A stretch of 64,000 nt of DNA, from positions 124,001-188,000 of the forward strand of contig JAPETS010000043.1 in the NCBI GenBank assembly GCA_026023565.1, in the 5' to 3' direction. Shown piece after piece: positions 59,131-64,000 of this stretch. Below the pieces are notes generated by a model. That model ran no database searches and was not told where the DNA came from. It saw only the letters and a list, made by a program, of their open reading frames with translations. This DNA is from Cirrosporium novae-zelandiae (taxonomy: Eukaryota). Position 1 is the first letter of the stretch; each line of letters begins with the position of its first letter. Both the position numbers and the translations under genes were made by a program.

Positions 59131-60075
59131 AACACATACAAAGATCCGATGGACCCGGGGGAATTGGAGAGGATTGTTCAGAAGATAACAATTTATCTGG
59201 AATGAGGAATACTACCACCACTTTCCCAAGTCGAGTCAATCCCTGACAATACACGGTGCCTGTATAGTGCTGGAATGCGATTTTCACTCTAAGAGGGAAT
59301 GATTACTGTTCTTCAAAGCCCTGGTATTACTATTACAAAATATAACGCCAAAGAGCAAGCAGTTTTCACAATAGAATTTCAAATTATTCACATGAATCGA
59401 TTTAATTTCCTAAGATTTCCTTTTCGCATTTGAGACCTATCAACCGAAAGAAACTAGTTCAGAGAACAAGCCTCAATAGAAAACCTGTTTCCTGATCACC
59501 GCTCATATCAGACACAACAGATTCTTTCTTCATACTCCCCTCCATCATCCGGGTATAGAGTTCGAACCACACGCAAAGCACCGCCGCTGAAGAAAAGAAA
59601 TAAGCCACAGCCGAATCCAATCACTGGTACTAGAATTTGAGAAGGGGAAATATCCACAATCAGGCTCTGTCGTGAAGATCAACAGCAACAGAGCGTGGAG
59701 ACCAGAGAAGGAATGGGTGTGAACATGGATGGAGATCGTGTCATTCTTATTCTAAGGGCGCCATTTCTTCTTTGAGAACCGAATATTCGCCATTAGAGAG
59801 TGAGAAAATATGTAAGGGAAAACATAAGCTTGTAAAGACAGTAACATGGGTGACAATAACTAATCATGAAAATGGCAAGCCAAGGTATTAGAAACCTGCA
59901 CACTGCCAGAGATAGTTTCGTCATGAGGAGTCATAATTGATATTAAGGAATGAAATGAGCTTCGGACAAAAGCGTCTAATAGACTGGATCCAGATGGTCA
60001 ACTAAGAAGTGCCAGTCAAAGGAACCATACTCCATGTCATTTATTCGACGATTGTGAGGGAAGTCGCTGCCATTT

Positions 60076-61752
60076 CTAGAACATCGAGCTCTTTCGCTTT
60101 TCTGCACGTGAGACCGCGCGGGTGAGGACCAGCTTCGGGGTGTTGCGCCTCTCAGACACGGGTAGCTTTGGATCGTCAATCTTGATTTCCAAGAGTTTGC
60201 CTCCAACATTTGTACCTTCGTCACTGCTCATACTCGTTGCCGTGAACTGACTATCGACGGAGCTTCTTTCCTTGGATCGCGCCTTACGCTCGGATCCAAT
60301 AGCACCACTGATGGATCCGCGGAGGCTGCTAATGCTAGCTTCACTTGAGAGGCGAGCGCTTCCAAGGCTTTCATTATCAGGGAAGGCAAGTTCGACTTCG
60401 CTCGCTGGTGTGGTGCTAGCACTGCCAGCATCACCACTATGAGCACCACTACGTCGCTCCTTGCCAGCGCGGACTAAATTATGCACTGCGCGACGCCTCT
60501 GACGAGTAGCGAAGTTCTTGCTACCTTCGTGCTTCGTAGTAGGTTTGGCGATCAATTCATCTAGGGATGGTGGTCCACGGGGTTGACGAAGTGGATGCTC
60601 ACCAGCTCGAGCCTGGCCTGGTCCAAAGGTTCCGGTTAGGGGAGTTTGGGGATACCCCGCTGACTTGACTGGTAGTGGCCTAGCATTGTCGAAGTCCGTA
60701 TTAATGGCAAAGGAAAGACTCTTCTTGTGTCGTTGACTGAAAGAATTCGTCGGAGGGGAGACACGTTCATTAACATGAGGAGGCGATGGGCTGGTTTTTG
60801 GAGACGAATTACGGCTGTAAGCATGCACAGGAGAAACAGTAGCTTCGTGGGGAGGTGGGGTGATTTGAGCATGAAAGGTTGGAGTAGGGGGTGGAGGAGA
60901 GTGACTCAAATTTGGATACATTGATTCCTCGGTTTGAGCGGGCGTAGGATTCTGCACGGCATTATCCACAACATAAGTGAGCTGGCCCGTTAGAGGATTG
61001 TACACAGTATACAATCCAGGTTGTCCAGGAACTGCTTGTACGATTGGCTGCAACTGATTATGCATTTGCTGATTGGACATAAAATTTTGTGCAGCCTGTG
61101 ATTGGTAATATGCTTGCCGGCCACCACCACCATATCCATTATTCGAATTCATATCCAAGCCATGAAATTGCTGGGCAGCCGCGGTAACATTGATGAGCTG
61201 CTGCTGCAGGCGCTGTTGCTGCTGAGCAAGATAAAGATTGGTAGCAACAAGCTCGGCCATCAAATTTGGGTCAACGTGTTCCTCGCCAACTTCATCGTTG
61301 ATTTGAATGGCTGGAGGTGCAAGCACCTGTTCCGGCAGGGAATATAGCTGTCCATACCCATTCATCTCCATCTGGTTGTTGTTGGAGTGTGAGAAGCCCG
61401 TGCCCATAGCAGTCTGAGGCATTACATTGCCTGAACGATAGTTTCCTTGACTGTTATAGTTATTTTCCATTCCATAGGACTGGCCTTGGTGAGAGAATGA
61501 AGTTGATGGCTGATGCGCAGATTTAGGAGCAGTCCTCAAGCCCGCAAGCATATGAGAACGGCTTGTGCGTGGCGTAGGAATCATATTTGCCTGCTGAGTT
61601 TCATCGATTGTAGATATTTTGGGAGGAGCAACACCAAGACGCTTGATATGAGCACCTTTACCACGAGAGCCAAAACCAGAACCAGGAACGCCTAGACCGT
61701 TGTTATTGAAAGAGGTATTGTATGTCATTTGAGCAAGACCGCCAGCGTCCAT
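60076..61752 (-). CDS. Fungal hypothetical protein (Gln/Asn/Ser-rich, short coiled coil)
   Basis: Intronless 558-aa ORF with motif-like blocks PRTSRSHMLAGLRTAPK, LAQQQQRLQQQL, TFGPGQARAGEHPLRQPRGPP and HEGSKNFATRQRRRA. Confidence 0.85.
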   Translation of the reverse strand: MDAGGLAQMTYNTSFNNNGLGVPGSGFGSRGKGAHIKRLGVAPPKISTIDETQQANMIPTPRTSRSHMLAGLRTAPKSAHQPSTSFSHQGQSYGMENNYNSQGNYRSGNVMPQTAMGTGFSHSNNNQMEMNGYGQLYSLPEQVLAPPAIQINDEVGEEHVDPNLMAELVATNLYLAQQQQRLQQQLINVTAAAQQFHGLDMNSNNGYGGGGRQAYYQSQAAQNFMSNQQMHNQLQPIVQAVPGQPGLYTVYNPLTGQLTYVVDNAVQNPTPAQTEESMYPNLSHSPPPPTPTFHAQITPPPHEATVSPVHAYSRNSSPKTSPSPPHVNERVSPPTNSFSQRHKKSLSFAINTDFDNARPLPVKSAGYPQTPLTGTFGPGQARAGEHPLRQPRGPPSLDELIAKPTTKHEGSKNFATRQRRRAVHNLVRAGKERRSGAHSGDAGSASTTPASEVELAFPDNESLGSARLSSEASISSLRGSISGAIGSERKARSKERSSVDSQFTATSMSSDEGTNVGGKLLEIKIDDPKLPVSERRNTPKLVLTRAVSRAEKRKSSMF

Positions 61753-64000
61753 ACTCAAGTTGATTATTGGTGAAATAGATGCAGAGAATATGATGTTAGG
61801 TCAAGTTCAGTTTTTGTTTCAGGGACGGAAGAGATTAGCTAGTGCAGTGGCGTGCTCGTGAGATCTACCGGATTGCAAACTTCGGAATCCCAGGAACTAT
61901 CCAAATCTCAGTTCTCCGATGGATATTACAATCTAACGGATGGAATTGACCATACCAATGCACCACCAAGAAGAATCTGTTGTAGTTTAGGTCGTTCTTA
62001 GAAGCGAAGGTTGAAGTCAAAGCAGACAAAGGCGACCCGACACCAAACACGAGGAAGGAACTTTTGGGGATAGCACGGGCTGCCTAAGGTATAGAAAGTA
62101 ATGGGTTAGCGAAATCCAAGGAAAGGAGGTCAAGAGATGAGGCGTAAGAACCCTTAAATATTCGGAGTTCATTTATCTATCACTTACAGAAGTTGGATGC
62201 TGGTCCGGTCCACACGTAGGAGTGAATCTAGCATAAGCGAGCGCGGCCAACAAACCCAAGCAATATATTAAGACGCGTTTTTTTTTTAAAATATGATAAT
62301 CCTAAATGACTGACAATAGGGTGTGTGATAGTAGTGTGTGATTTTGAATTAGGAGAATTGAGAAAGTTCGTTCGTTCTGTAAGAGTAGGGCTCTGAGAGG
62401 GGGGGGGGAGGTTGAGGTTGCCTCTGCACGATTGAGGATGAAGTAGAAGCAGAGAGAGCGAGAGAGAGAACACAGCGGCAAAGGCAAGACAAGGTAAGGG
62501 GGGCTAGTTTGGAGCTGTTTCACCACACAAGTCGCAAGTCGTAAGTTCCGAAAGCGAGATCCGCCACACCTTTCTCTTCTTTTACCAATGCACAAACGAA
62601 CAAAGTCGACGAAAATATAGGAGTGACGAAGTATAAGGGAAGGGAAAGACAATAGGAAGATCGGAGGAAAGAGTAACTAAGAGTAAGAGGTGGGAGGGTA
62701 TTATTTTTTTTTTAGTAGAGGGGAGAAAATATTAATTATGAATCAATCTACTAAGACAACCCAATAGTGGTGGAGTGTGGAGTATGCAGAGAGAGAGAGA
62801 GAGAGGAAGGGAATAATACGGATGGCGAGAGTGGGAGAAATGGAAAGCCAACCAGCCTATTGTCTCTAGTTATTGGCTTCATTGGCTTTATTGGCTCCAG
62901 TGACCAACTAGAGTTTTGGGGCCTGACTTGAATTGGCCTCTAAGAGAACTCAGGAGACTTCGAGCTTGGCAAATTTTGGATTTGGCTCAAAAGAAACCCT
63001 GGTCTTCCTGGTCTTCCTGGTCCTTTGGGGAGAGCGTCGTGGGCGTCTCGGGCTTCTTCTCTTCTTTGGAGGGGGCGCGGGGGGGGCAAGGGAAATGCTT
63101 CGGCTCAACTTTTTTAGTTCTAGGGCTCCGTAGGCTCTAAAAGGGCCAAAAAAAGGCACCAAGGGCTCCTAAGGGGACCTTCATCCTACTTACTTCTTAC
63201 TCGAGGGCTTGCCGCCTGATTCAAAATGTCTACCAAATACCAACGCCTTTTACTTCCCAGCATCTTCAGTAAAATTCCGATTCTTACCTAGCCACCTAGC
63301 CCAGCATCTCTGACCAGAAACTTCAATTAGCTGCATTGATGCCGAACTTGAGAAACATCTCCTCTCTATTATCTGATTGGTTCGTTACAACCTCACTTCA
63401 CCACACTGGTCCCTTAATAGCCCACATACCCAGGTACCGCATTCTTACATCGTTAAGCTTAGTCAACCGGCCATTAAATCAATAGATTATTCGTCCTCTC
63501 TGAAAACCAATGTTTCTCACCGCTGTCAATGATACATTCAAGATTCGATCCAAGATACATGGCTACTGATAAACGTAGGGCTGGTCTTTGCGTTAAAATA
63601 TGCGTTGACAGTAATTTCTGACAGTTGGCCTTTGGAAATTTATGGATCTGTTCTAAACTTTACAAGTGCTTCAAGTGGTCCCACGAAAAGCCAAAGGAGG
63701 AATTACACGGATATACTGTGTAGTCCATGCTGAAATTGCCATATGGATGGTTATGTTTCTCATCATGCTACTTAATACTCGAGTCCAAGAGAAGACCAGC
63801 CAAATGGTTGATACAAAACGCCCATCAGCGTGCAAGATTCTACGTCAGCATTTTAAGGTCATGAGGAAACTTCCATGCAAACCAGCCATTCCTGATCCCA
63901 AGTTGGGCTCGCATTCACAAAACAGTGACGGAGCAAATGATCACCAAACCCATCGTGGCATTTCATTGTTGTGTCTGCTATAGCTACATTGCAAGCAGTA

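Noticed and set aside
59555..59575. GTTCGAACC B-box/tRNA T-loop-like motif
   Set aside because: No cloverleaf, A-box or acceptor stem around it.

Overview
This is filamentous ascomycete (Pezizomycotina-like) nuclear DNA with short GT-AG introns and CTAAC/CTGAC branch points. It holds about 20 protein-coding genes. Most are housekeeping: UPF1, IMP4, PLC1, URB2, MIC10, an Sso-type syntaxin, an NCS1 permease, a mitochondrial carrier, a GT8 glycosyltransferase, an FAD monooxygenase, a peroxiredoxin-like protein and a SAM methyltransferase. There are two microsatellite/homopolymer-rich tracts (about 12.1-16.2 kb and 50.8-53.6 kb) and a gene-poor gap of about 7.5 kb. Two intronless genes look foreign. 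(1) 47396-49336(-) is a bacterial-type sucrose-phosphate-synthase-like GT4 with intact motifs, fused to an unexplained N-terminal domain of about 170 aa; fungi are not generally known to make sucrose. (2) <1-1482(-) is an ORF of at least 494 codons that the ORF track missed because it runs off the window edge; it ends in a GC-rich RrmJ/FtsJ-fold K-D-K-E 2'-O-methyltransferase domain that resembles RNA-virus cap methyltransferases more than fungal Spb1/Trm7/Mrm2. Both may be mycovirus-related chimeras, but that is inference from remembered sequences and needs a profile search. Other points of note: an in-frame ATG-TCG-CCA-TAA-TAA uORF ahead of a dileucine-bearing extension of the NCS1 permease, a HEIP1/REDIC1-like protein, and a syntaxin with a long post-TM tail. 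I recognised no tRNA, rRNA, CRISPR array or intact transposon.
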